NCBI RefSeq assembly: GCF_009914755.1
Contig: NC_060927.1
Length of the DNA: 64,000 nucleotides
Source: the human T2T-CHM13v2.0 reference genome, Homo sapiens
Direction: 5' to 3' (one strand)
Shown here: positions 20,295 through 33,689 of the stretch, piece by piece
How positions within the stretch are numbered: the first letter of the stretch is position 1
How the letters are laid out: each line of letters starts with the position of its first letter
Made by a program: the position numbers and the translations under genes
The notes under the pieces: model-generated
Databases searched by the model: none
What the model saw: only the letters and a program-made list of their open reading frames with translations
Told to the model about the DNA's origin: nothing

Positions 20295-21696
20295 TCATCT
20301 GGCCCAAACAGACAGATCGTAAACATCAACTTCCAGATTAGACAGATCAGAGAACCTTAACCAGAAGGTTAAGGCATTTGTTCAAAAAAATCACTCAGGT
20401 TGTTATTAGTAGAAATGAGACAAGAACAAAGAGGTCTCATGAATCTGAGTAATCTTTCCATAAATCATACTGCTTGCTGTACATATTTACATAGCTTTTG
20501 AGATTTTACAACATACTTCTACCGATCACAGTAAAAACAAGACTATGCAAAATCAAATATGAAAACTAGCCCTATTTCCCTTTTTCTTGCAATATGAAAA
20601 ATATCTATGCTCTAGAATCTGATGTCAGCCACACTCCTCTCTTTGTAAATATGTTACTGTTAGGATTACAGATTAAAATCTCAACCTCTGTACTCCACTA
20701 AAATTAAGAAACTATAAATTCACTACTCTTCTGCTACTTCACTAATAACTCTACAACATCTGCACATCAGATAAGTCATATCCCATTGCAAAACACATCC
20801 CTCAAGTGTCTAGGATTCTTCCCTTTTGAAAACTATCTCCTCCTTGAGATTTACTGTTCAATGACAACAAACTCACAATGAAATCAAATGCCAAGGAAGA
20901 GAACTGTCCTAATTTTGCTTAAATGAAAGTTAACAAGGAAACCATTTTGATTCCAACTTTTGTTACTGAAATTTATTTTAAAACTCAGTATACCTTTCTC
21001 CCTTGAGTGACAGAGTACCCTAACATGTTTTAATCCTCCTCTGAGGAACAAAGTAAAGTACCAAAGGATCACTGTGACTGTCAGTGACCACTGCACAATG
21101 GTGCAGGAAGTGTTGGAGATTAACCTGCAAGTACACCAACCACAGACCATATCCTGGAAATTACGTAGGTTTTTTTGTTTTTTTAGAGACAGGGTCTCGC
21201 TATGTTGCCCAGGCTGGTCTCAAACGCCCGGGCTCAAGCAATCTACCTGCCTCAGCCTCCCAAAGTGCTGGGACTACAGGAGTGAGCCACTGTGCCTGGC
21301 CTGGAAATTACTTTTTAATTAAACCTGATATAACATATTGGCATAACTTTTCCCCCATCCTCCTAAAAGTTGGAAGTGGCAAAACAATCAGATTTGTCTG
21401 GGGTTTTATCATATAGTTTTAAATCCAGTGCTCTGTTCCCTGCAGGGTCAATCACCTTTGTTGAAGGGAGGAAGGAAAAATCATAGCTTAAGTCATTTCT
21501 ACAAGCCAAAAAGAACTATTCATTCTACTATACTATTCCTATCAAAAAGTAAGATAATAGAAGACCAGGGAAACAAAGATAAAAAACTGTCTTACCCACA
21601 CCAACTAAAAACAAAATTATACAAATGAATTAATTCCATGTCATATCTTATTTGAAAAATGTTTATGTAATAAATGATATATATATATAAATGTAA

Positions 21697-21900
<204 letters not shown>

Positions 21901-24502
21901 TAGGCTGGTCTTGAACTCCTGACCTCAGGTGATCCAACCGCCTCAGCCTCCCAAAGTTCTGGGATTACAGGCATGAGCCACCGCGCCAGGCCAAATGTAA
22001 ACTATTTTAACTGGTTTGGTATAAATTTCCACTATATAGGGCAATATCAACATATTTGAAGAAACAGGGTGTACCTACCCACTTCCAACACCATAAAGGC
22101 TACTGAGTTCTACCAGGCCAAGAACTGACAGTACGGACTCCAGCTAAGCCAAGTGATATTGACAATCCCATTCCTATAAAGTCTGATAAGTACCCTCCAC
22201 TTCTTACACTTACAATGCACTCTTACCACTTCTCTGTCAGCTCTCTGTTCCTAGAATACATTGTAACATTTGATTCCCTACTAAGGGAATTCAATTCTGT
22301 AGTCTCAAAGGCTATCCTAGAATAAAGCTGGAGTATACCTGACCAATTTAGGGGAGCTGTAACACTCCCATCCCCTTTTCCTAAGCCACAAAGGTGTACC
22401 AGGCAGTGTTCTGATTTTGACAGTATGGCACTAAAGATTTAAATTTTTATCAACACAAGGAAGAGAAAAAGGTGACTAACCAGAGAAGAATGATTTTATA
22501 GGGGATGAGAGGGTGGATAGAAAATTGAGGTGGAAGAAAAAACAGATGGATTTTTTCTCTGTTTCTACTACAAACCCAGTGGGGAACTTCCCAAGAGCAA
22601 AACCATGTGACAGCTACAATGATTCAGCACTCAAATGTAATATATGCCATTTATTTAAATACTTATTTAAAGGGAATAAACTAGAGTAATAATTAAATAA
22701 GATCAGGCAATATAATCTTCAGTATTCCAATGTTAAAACTACCTAGGTATTATCAAGTTTTCAAAGAAATGCAATAGTTGTAAGGCTGTAAAATGCATAA
22801 AACAGAATATATTTTGCTTTTTAACCCCAGCAAAAAAAGCAGGGGGGAGGAGAAATGCTATCTCTTGTAACAGAAAGCTAATTACAACGGTATCAAAGAT
22901 TACCAAAATTAGAAATACTGTCATAATCTGAACAGTAAAATGAATTTATTTGTTCATCTTTCCAAAATATAACATGCCAAGTTATCAACACATATTGTTT
23001 TATTCTTAAATCTAGCATATTTGCATTATTTTTTTCACTCAAGAAATTCAAGAATTAAGAGAATCAGCCAGGTGCAGTAACTCACGCCTGTAATCCAGCA
23101 CTTTGGGAGGCGGAGGCAGTGGGACTATTTGAGGCCAGGAGTTCAAGACTAGTCTGGCCTGGGTAACACAATGAGACTGTCGCTACAAAAATTTTTTTTA
23201 ATTAGCTGGTTGTTGTAGCGCACACCTATAGTCCTAGCTACATGGGAGGCTGAGGTGGGAAGATGAGGATCACTTGAGCCCAAGAGTTCAAGGCTGCAGT
23301 GAGCTATGATAGCGCCGCTGCACTACAGCCTGGGTGACAGAGCGAAATCTTAACCCCCCAAAAAAAAGAAAAGAAAAGAAATTTAAGAATCACATTTTAA
23401 ATAATAGTTTATCTGAAGAAAAAATAATAAAGTTTAAAAAGCCTTCCCATTAAAAGTATTTCCCCAAGGAAAAATAAACATGGAAAATGACTTTCTAGTC
23501 AACTAAGTCCTAACAATTGCAAAATAGAAGTAATTTTAATAAGTGATTTTTTAACAGCAAAAAAATAAGATCCATTTTATTATTTCTATTATCTTGAATT
23601 TTCACCTTCTCATCCTTAAGTTTATATTTCAGCCTGAACTTCAGAAACAGACACTTAGGCCTTTATATTTTTAAAGGAATTAATTTTCTAACTCAATTCT
23701 TGTTATCTCAGGATTTGATGAATCTAGCTCACAAAAGTCAATGCTTTCAAAATCAAAACACTTTTACGATCACCTATAATTCTCACTAAAAGCTCTGTAT
23801 GTTGTTATGTAATTATCATATTGACAGTTTAACTTCATCTGAAATTTAGAAGAGCTAGTTTTAACTTTAGAAGATCATACTTTCCATACATAATACACGG
23901 TATTCAGCAGACATAGCAAAACGTTACCAATATCCAAAATCACTCACTCACAAAAGGCCCTCCAATAGACTACAGGTCCGAAGTCAAAAGTGCAGGAAAA
24001 ATCAATTCAGCCAATGAGCCTACCTACAACTCCCAGAGCAGACTTTCACCTAGAAACAAAGTTCTACTCCAGGAAAGTCAGAATAGGAATCTAGGTAGGA
24101 GTAGCTCTATCTCTTTCCTTCTACCTGTACAGAGGCAATATAATATGATTCACTAGTGAAGAGTGCAGACTTTCAAACCAGACTGTCAAGATTTTAACTC
24201 TACTGGTGCCACTTAATGGCTGTATGACTTTGGGAAAATTAATCTTTCTGTGCTTCAATTTCTTCATCTGTAAACAGAGTGTTGAGGTTACACGAATCAA
24301 TTCAGGTTAAACTCTTAGAACTGTAACTAGCACATGGTAAGGACTCCACAGAAGTCCACAGAGGAAGAAAGATGGACAGGTGTGGTGGGCTCATGGCTTG
24401 TACTCCCAGCACTTTGGGAGGCCAAGGCAAGAGGAACACTTGAGCTCAGGAGTTCAAGACCAGCCTGGGCAGCACAGGAAGACCTCATCTGTATTAAAAT
24501 TA

Positions 24503-24667
<165 letters not shown>

Positions 24668-26028
24668 TTAAAAAAAAAAACAAAAAAAAAACTCCAGAAA
24701 AAAAAATTTAAATGGTAAACAACAGCTATAATAAAACTAGCAACTAACATTTGAGCTTCTACTGTGTGCCAGGCACTGTGCTAGGTACTTATTAATCCTG
24801 CAAGATGGTTCCATTTTACCAATGAGGAACCAAACTTTCAGCATCATTTATTTACTTATTCAAAAAGTAGCAGAGCCAGAATGAAACCCTGGTGCCTGGT
24901 TTCAAGGCATGCAGTCTCGCCATTTACTACATACTGTCTTCAAGTGAAAAGAAAAACAAAAAGGGCAAAAGTGCAACCACTGACTGTTGAAGGGAGGAAA
25001 ACTGTGAGCAATATTTCTTCACCTATTTTAATGGAAAAGTAGTCAAATGTGAACGATTTGCATTCCAACTAAAAATTCCCCATTAAGCATTCTCTCACAA
25101 CCTAACTAAAAAGATAATTTGGGGATGGAGCTTCTATTTAGGGTTTTTTTTTTTTTTTTTTTTTTGGTTGGGGGTAAGAAGGAGAAAAGGAAGGGTATAA
25201 GTTATTTTTAAGACAAGCAATACAACAGAAAGAAAAATGTATTTATAGTCCTGTCAGTCTATTTTAAAAACAGATGGCTATAATCTATAGTTTTAAATGT
25301 ACACAGGTTGAAAAAAAAAATCACAGGGCACTCTAAGTCAGGGTTCCCTTTTCCAAAGAGAAGGCTTGAAACTCAGAGAAAATACAAATACTTGTACAGG
25401 TTATGGCCAGAAAATATATGGAAATATGTACAATTTCAAATACTAAGCAAAACGAACAAAACCCTCATAGTACTCTTATAATTTGAAGTTTAAAATAATT
25501 GCTTATGGATAACGATTATTCATTCATTCTTAAATTTCCTGCACTTTGAATAACTCTTGAAATTAACTCCTTTTTAAGAGGTGCTGAGGCTGAGCAAGGC
25601 AGCTCACGCCTGTAATCCCAGCACTTTGGGAGGTCGAGGGAGGAGGACTGCTTGAGCCCAGAGTTCAAGACGAGCCTGGGCAACACAGCAAGATCTGGTG
25701 GCGCACAGCTGTAGTTCCAGCTACTTAGGAGACTGAGGCAGGAGGGTCACTTGAGTCCAGAAAGTTGAGGCTGCAATGAGCCATGATCACATCACTAACT
25801 CCAGCCTAAACAACAGTGCAACACCCAGTCTTAACAACAACAAAAAAAAGAGGCTGGGCGCAGTGGCTCACACCTGTAATCCCAGCACTCTGGGAGGCCA
25901 AGAGGGGGGCGGATCACCTGAGGTTGGGAGTCCGAGACCAGCCTGATCAACATGGAGAAACCCCATCTCGACTAAGAATACAAAATTAGCCGGGCATGGT
26001 GGCACATGCCTGTAATCCCAGCTACTCA

Positions 26029-26133
<105 letters not shown>

Positions 26134-26162
26134 TCAAAAAAAAAGGGGGGGGCTCTGTATTA

Positions 26163-26530
26163 CTTTAGTCCCCTCTTATCCACATGGGGGAGGGAGGAAC
26201 GTTCCAAGACTTCAGTGGATGCCTGAAAACACAGATAGTATAGAACCCTATATATACACATATACACTATGTTTTTTTGACCTGATAACTAAGAGAGCTA
26301 CTAAGTGACTAACAGTGGGCAGTGAATACAGCATGAATAAGATGGACAAAGGGATGACCAACGGCTGCAACAGTGAGATTTCATCATGCTAACTCAGAAC
26401 AACGCACAATTTAAAACTTATGAACTGTTTATTTCTGGAACTTTTCATTAATATTTTCAGATCACCAGTTGATTGCGGGTAACTGAAATCGAGCAAAGTG
26501 AAATCACAGACAAGAGGGTATTACTGTACT
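26163..26530. mobile_element. Tigger3-like (TcMar-Tigger) non-autonomous DNA transposon
   Basis: Terminal inverted repeats tagtcccctcttatccac ... acaagagggtattactgta; internal gttccaagac...gtggatgcctgaaa. Confidence 0.75.
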
Positions 26531-26582
26531 ACTAAGTCCAGTAGGAATGATATACATACTACGTAATTATTGTGCACAATGA

Positions 26583-26696
<114 letters not shown>

Positions 26697-26793
26697 TGAG
26701 ACCACCCTGGCCAACATGGTGAAACCCCGTCTCTACTAAAAATACAAAAATTAGCTGGGCATGGTGGCGTGCGCCTGTAACCCCAGCTACTCA

Positions 26794-26898
<105 letters not shown>

Positions 26899-27125
26899 TC
26901 AAAAAAAAAAAAAAATTCAGAAGTATATCTGTAAGATTCAAATAGATTTTGTAGACTTTTGTATACTTTTCTTAACAGGTTTTTAAAAAGTAGGCAACTA
27001 ATGAAAATTTAAAAGATTTTCTCTCCACCCCTCAGAATTACTAGTCAAAATTACAAGTCAAAAGGCCAGCCGCGCCCGGCCTTTTAGGAGGTGCACTCCT
27101 TTGGGAGGCTGAGAGGGGCGGATCA

Positions 27126-27366
<241 letters not shown>

Positions 27367-28263
27367 TTATTTTTGCTAATTTCTGATTATGATAAATAAA
27401 AAATAACCATCTTAAAATACCTGGATTAGTCATCATATCGCAATTGATTCTCTCAAACTTGTTTCTTGAACTTCTAACAAGAAATCCAAGTAGCTAATTT
27501 AAATTTACTTTCCTTTAACATTGTTTTCTAAAGTAATCTTAAATTAACAAAAGATTACTGAGGCCAAAAAAAAAAAACCAACACACAAAAAATGAAAAAT
27601 TAAATGAGATTTTTAAAATTCCACGGTTAAGTTCTAACATACTATATTTGTTTCACAGACAGAATAAATGATCCTTGAAAAATAAAATCTAATTCTAATA
27701 TTTGATATTTTCTCAAATCCTAAATCAGGAAGTATTAGAATCCTCTGAATAAACACTCCACATGTTTATTAAAATGAAAATACTCTAATAAGGGAATGGG
27801 CTGTGTACTTCAGCAACTTATCTCTGTGTTGAGTGATTCAAAAGTATAATAGACTTTAAAAAAAAAAAAAACTAAATCCCATAATGCAGACAAGCAGCCT
27901 AATCACTCTCAGTGACTAGGTACTAATTATATAAAACAAATTCAATAAAGTAATAAAAGACTATTTCAGTGATTTTTTTTCCTTCTGTTTTGCTTTTTCT
28001 TGTGGGGGTGGGCGCACACCTAAAGTGGCTATATAAATTAGTCAAGAGCTTGTTTCTGTCCACAAAGCAACTGAATCCTATTTGGAACTATTTCTCTTCA
28101 TCAAATTTCATGGCAAACACAGTATTGAACAACTTAATACTGAAATTTAAAAGGAGTTTTCTCCCAGACTTTCCTTATGCTTGACCCAATCTATAAGAGC
28201 ACAATCAAAGCAGCCACTTGACCCAAATGACCTGTTCTTTTAAAACTTTTTTAAAAAAATTAA

Positions 28264-28395
<132 letters not shown>

Positions 28396-29529
28396 TGAGT
28401 AGCTGGGACTACAGGCGCCTGCTACCACATCCAGCTAATTTTTTGTATTTTTAGCAGAGATGGGGTTTCACCGTGTTAGCCAGGATGGTCTTGATCTCCT
28501 GACCTTGTGATCCGCCCGCCTCAGCCCCCCGAAGTACTGGGATTACAGGTGTGAGCCACCGCGCCCAGCCAAAAATTAACACAGAATTAACTGTACCTCC
28601 AACTTTCTTACTATATGCACCAAAAGTTATAATTTTTCAATTACTTAATGTTTACATCAGATCATTTGATTGGATATGGAAACAACTAGGTCACTATTAT
28701 TCAGCATGACAAGGAAGAAACCAGAGTAAAACTAAACAAAGATTCCACATCTACACTGAAGGAGTGCTTGCTGGGTTAAAAAAAAAAAAAAACAAAAACA
28801 AAAAACAAAAAACAGAAAAATGGGAGGAGGTGAGGGTCAGGGGGAGATAAAAGTGTGGAACCAGAGACCAGGGTCCTAACCCCTGCTCTGCCACATACTA
28901 GCATGAAATCATTTAGAATCGCTAAGCCTTCATTCCCAGATATGCTAAAAAAAAAAAAAAAAAAAAAAAAGTAGTAATAATGCCTATTTCAGAAGTGGGA
29001 GTGGAGATTAATGACAATTGTAAATTGTCTGACTAGTAGAGTGTACCTTCTCGATAAATGTTAATTTCGTTTCTTTGTCCCCAAAGGCCCAGTTTTCTGC
29101 ATATAGTCACTGAACTACATATAAACCACTAGAACATATTCAACAATCTATCAAAGAGGTTTGGTTGTGTTTTTATTAACCCTAGTGTGGCTAGGTATAC
29201 TTGATAATCCATTAGTTTTTATTGAACATTAGACAGTCATCTTAAACAGAATTCAAAACTCTGTACATAGAAGCTGCATGGTAAAGAAAACTGTAATAAG
29301 GGTCTTCTGAAAAAACTGCTTTTAAAAATAATTATCTGTAATACTGTCACAGGACACTATGGAACAAAAAAAAACAAGGTATATCGTACCACTCAGAATC
29401 CTTCAATGGATTTCCATTTCTCTAGGATAAAAGCCCAGTATCCTTACAGTGTCCACCCATGCCTACCCCCACTCCTTGCCACCTAGGCCTCATCTGCTCC
29501 AACGACCCCCTGTATATACACATGTACAT

Positions 29530-29539
<10 letters not shown>

Positions 29540-29575
<36 letters not shown>
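29540..29575. repeat. (AC)18 microsatellite within an L2 remnant
   Basis: Read directly. Confidence 0.97.
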
Positions 29576-29578
<3 letters not shown>

Positions 29579-30743
29579 TCCAGCCACATTGGTCTCACTG
29601 TTCCTCAAGATTTCTACATTTCTGCATGGCTTATTCCCTCATCCCCTACTCTGTTCAAAATTATCTCATTGGTGATACAGATATTTAGCAACCCTACTTC
29701 CATCAATGCCCTAGCACCCCCAATCCCCTTCCCTAACACTGCTTTCTCCCACAGCACTTAACACCTTCTAACATAGTAAAGAAGAAAACTATATACTATG
29801 TTTATTATTTATGTCTCCCTACTAAAAGGTACCCCTCACCAGAGTGAGGATTTTTGTCTCTTCTGTGATATATACATCCCTTCAGTGCCTAACACTATCT
29901 CTAGCACACAGCAGACGTATAATAATCACTGAAAAGAACTGATAACCTCCTTTATTTGTAGACATGCAAAGAATGTGCAACAAGTTATGAAAAGACAACC
30001 TTGAATAGACCTACATGTATTTGAATTTACAAATTCTAGTATTTGTTGACAACATAATCTTAAATTTCAAAGTTCATATATATTTAAAGCCATTGAAAAC
30101 ATAGGCATTAACATCATTGATCACCCATTAATATGAATTTTGTTACTTAACATATTCATAAATAACATGGGGTTTCCTGTGTTTAAGTGATGGATATGAT
30201 TTAATTTCAAATGTAATTTTCTGGATTTCATATGAGTTAACAGATAATACTGGGGGAAATGGTAGACCAGGAGAAAATAGTTTCAGTTCTGCAACCAACA
30301 ATCCTGCAAACCTGAACCTCAAAACCTCCTTGATATTCAATTTCTTCTTGTGTAAAAATGGGGAGGAGTAATTAGATGATCTCTGAGTCTATTTCAGGTC
30401 TAAAAATTCTATGATGCTATGAGTCTAAAAATCATTAGAATCATAAAATGTCTATGCTGGATGAAACTTTAGAAATCATCAAGTCCAATCCTGCCATCTT
30501 ATAAATAAAACAACCCACACGTTTTGAACACTTTTTTTTTTTTGAGACGGAGTCTCGCTCTCGCCCAGGCTGGAGTGCAATGACGCGATCTCGGCTCACT
30601 GCAACCTCCTCCTCTGGGTTCCAGTGATTCTCCTGCCTCAGCCTCCTGAGTAGCTGAGACTACAGGCCCCCACCACCACGCCTGGCTAATTTTTGTATTT
30701 TTAGTAGAGACGGGGTTTCACCGTATTGGCCAGGCTGGTCTCA

Positions 30744-30842
<99 letters not shown>

Positions 30843-30940
30843 TCAGGCTGGCGTGGTGGCTCACGCCTGTAATCCTAGCACCTTGGGCGGCCGAGGCAGG
30901 TGGATCACCTGAAGTCAAGAGTTCGAGACCAGCCAGGTCA

Positions 30941-31183
<243 letters not shown>

Positions 31184-33578
31184 CTAATTTTGGAGTCGTT
31201 TTTAGTCTGTGTGTGGGGGGAGGGAGGAAGTTAACAGAACTTTTTTACTTATACAAAGTATTTCAAATATCCCATCATTTAAGTTTGCTCTAGAACTGAC
31301 AATAACATGTGCTCTGGAAATGGGCTGCAGCTACAGACACCAAAAAACTCACAGCCCCGAAACTGCATAAAGAAACAAATATATGTAAGATAACTTTATA
31401 ATGAAACAACTTCTTAACTATAAAATTCTTACTGCCTAACTTCGATTAGGGCCAGTGGTGAGTCTCTTTCCTTTCTTATTATTTTTTTTAAGAGACAAGG
31501 TCTGTTAGCCAGGCTGGAGTGGTGCAGTGGCAGGGCTCACAGCAGCCTCAACCTCCCAGCTCAAGTAATCCTCCCACCTCATCCTCTGGAGTAGGGGCAA
31601 CCACAGGCTAGCACCAGCATGCTTGGCTATTTTTTTTCCTTGGGATGGAGTCTCACTACTATGTTGCGCAGGCTGGTCTCAAACTCCTAGGCTCTCAAGC
31701 AATCCTCCTGCTTCGGTGACCCAGGGTGCTGGGATTACAGGCATGAGCCACCGTGCCCAGCCCCTACGGTGAGTTAGCTAAACCAGAGAATATCACGACA
31801 ATTCTCATGACATAAACTGAGTTCAGCCACAGGATATGTTTTAAATTAATATCTTGTCACCACTGGTAGAATTACATGGGTTATGGCTAAGTTTCAAAAC
31901 TAGCTAATTTTAATATTAACCAAAAGAATAGAAGCTTACAAGCTGAACTCTCCCTACGAACCACTTGATGCCTGAATTCCTGAACAGGTGATGAGTATTT
32001 CCGGGACCCCACTGTCTAGGGGATGATGCGGATCTGGAGACCATCCTGAAGAGCACACATTTCAGCTGTGGCTGAGTGTTTCCCAGGGAATTAACGTCAT
32101 TACTTCGAGCTTACTATACTTATCTAAATGCTAAGAGTCTGGAAACTTCAGGAGTAATGTCTATGACCATCTAAATACTTAAGAAACTAGAAACTGTTTA
32201 GACTGCCTGGTGGATCTCTGAACACTGTAATACTAATCTATACATTAACCTGCACTTTAAAGTTTTCTTACCAATTCAAACTGTAAATTCCTACACAACT
32301 TGCCACAGAACATAAGTGTTAAATATGTGTCAGACTAAACCATATATCCATACATGACAACAAAATACTGCCAAGCTGGAGGATGGGACTAGAAGTGTCA
32401 TTCAGCAAAAATAAGACCAACTAAAAACAAAGACACTGGAGCATTCCCTTAACACAGGCGCGCACACACACCCTCCTCAAAGAGGCCTTTATGTTCCCCA
32501 CGAGCAAAGGACAACAATATCATTTTTACTATTCATACAGTAACCTGCACGGAATTCAACTCACGCTCAGACTGTACAATGCCAAACAGCGCTTCTGAAA
32601 CGCGAAGAGCGTCCAGCAGAGTCAGGTACTTAATTACCAAAGTAAACAACTCGACCACAAGGGTCTGCAAGCCTGGAGAGGACTTTTTTTTCCCCCCCCC
32701 CAAACAAAAAAGGAGAGTAACTTGACAAACTGTTTTAAAAAAAATCACAAATGGCCCTTAACTACTATAATAAAGCAATTACTCCTCCCACCCCCAAGCA
32801 AATAAAATAGGTGCTCGAAAGGGCGCTCGCTAGTCTGTGTTCCCTAATTTTATGAAATGAGAACAGGTTGCACTTCCGTACCCCCTCCCCCAAGCTCAGC
32901 AGTCTCCCATGTTTTCAGTAGAGAGGTAAATATAACCTCCACCAACTGGCCGGGGAAACTCTCCTTCTCCAAAAGCATGGGACGCCTCGAGAGGTGATGG
33001 AGAAAGGAAAAGGGCTGATACCCCGCCCCAAGCAAAACTGCCTGGGAGACTTGCGGGGTATTGGAGCCGGGAGCGGAGGAGGGAGAGGCGCGCCGGGAAA
33101 GTCTTTCCTTCTCCCCGGCCGGGCGGAGAGGGAAGCCCCGGCTTCGGGGCGGGGGGAGGCTACTCACCCGGAACCCCAGACCCCAGTCCCCGACCAGACA
33201 CAATGGAGCCGGCAGAGGGGCAGGGGCAAGGCCGTTGCCCCCTCCCCTCCCCCCGCCCCAACGCCTCCCCCACCCGCGCCGGGCCCCGGCAAGGGGCACC
33301 GGGGCCGCTCCCCGCGCCCCAAACTCCCCGGGGCTCCCGACTAGGCCCGGCTCCGCTCCGCCTCCTCGGCTCTCGCGTAGCGGCTGCGCCCGGGCGGGAA
33401 GGGGCGAAGGAGGAAGGGAGAGGCAGGCAGGAGAGCCCCCGCCTGGGAGCGGGACGGAGGCCGCGGGCCGAGGCTCGGGGCTGCAGGGTCGCCGCGGGAC
33501 GGAGGGCGGCCGGGGCGGGGGTGCGCGGCAGCGCCGGCCCCCAGCCGGCAGGGCGGGCGGGCGGCCGCAGTGCCTCAC

Positions 33579-33581
33579 CAT
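33579..33581 (-). CDS. DCUN1D1: DCUN1D1 coding exon 1 (initiator ATG only); 5' UTR extends to higher coordinates
   Basis: Minus strand GACACCAAC ATG|GTGAGG (A at -3, donor right after ATG) in a CpG island; joins in phase 0 to exon 2 to give [11 protein letters not shown]. Confidence 0.93.
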
Positions 33582-33633
33582 GTTGGTGTCCTCCAGGCCT
33601 CTCCCCTCCTCCTCCGGCTCCGCAGCGAATGGA

Positions 33634-33651
33634 CGGCGGCGGCGGCGGCGG
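33634..33651. repeat. (CGG)6 / (CCG)6 tract at the DCUN1D1 5' UTR/TSS
   Basis: cggcggcggcggcggcgg read directly. Confidence 0.9.
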
Positions 33652-33678
33652 CTCCTCTCACGGGCTTGCCCGGCTCCC

Positions 33679-33689
33679 GCTCATGCGCA
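33679..33689 (-). promoter_or_regulatory. NRF1-like site near the presumed TSS
   Basis: Minus strand TGCGCATGAGC versus the NRF1 consensus TGCGCATGCGC (1 mismatch). Confidence 0.5.
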
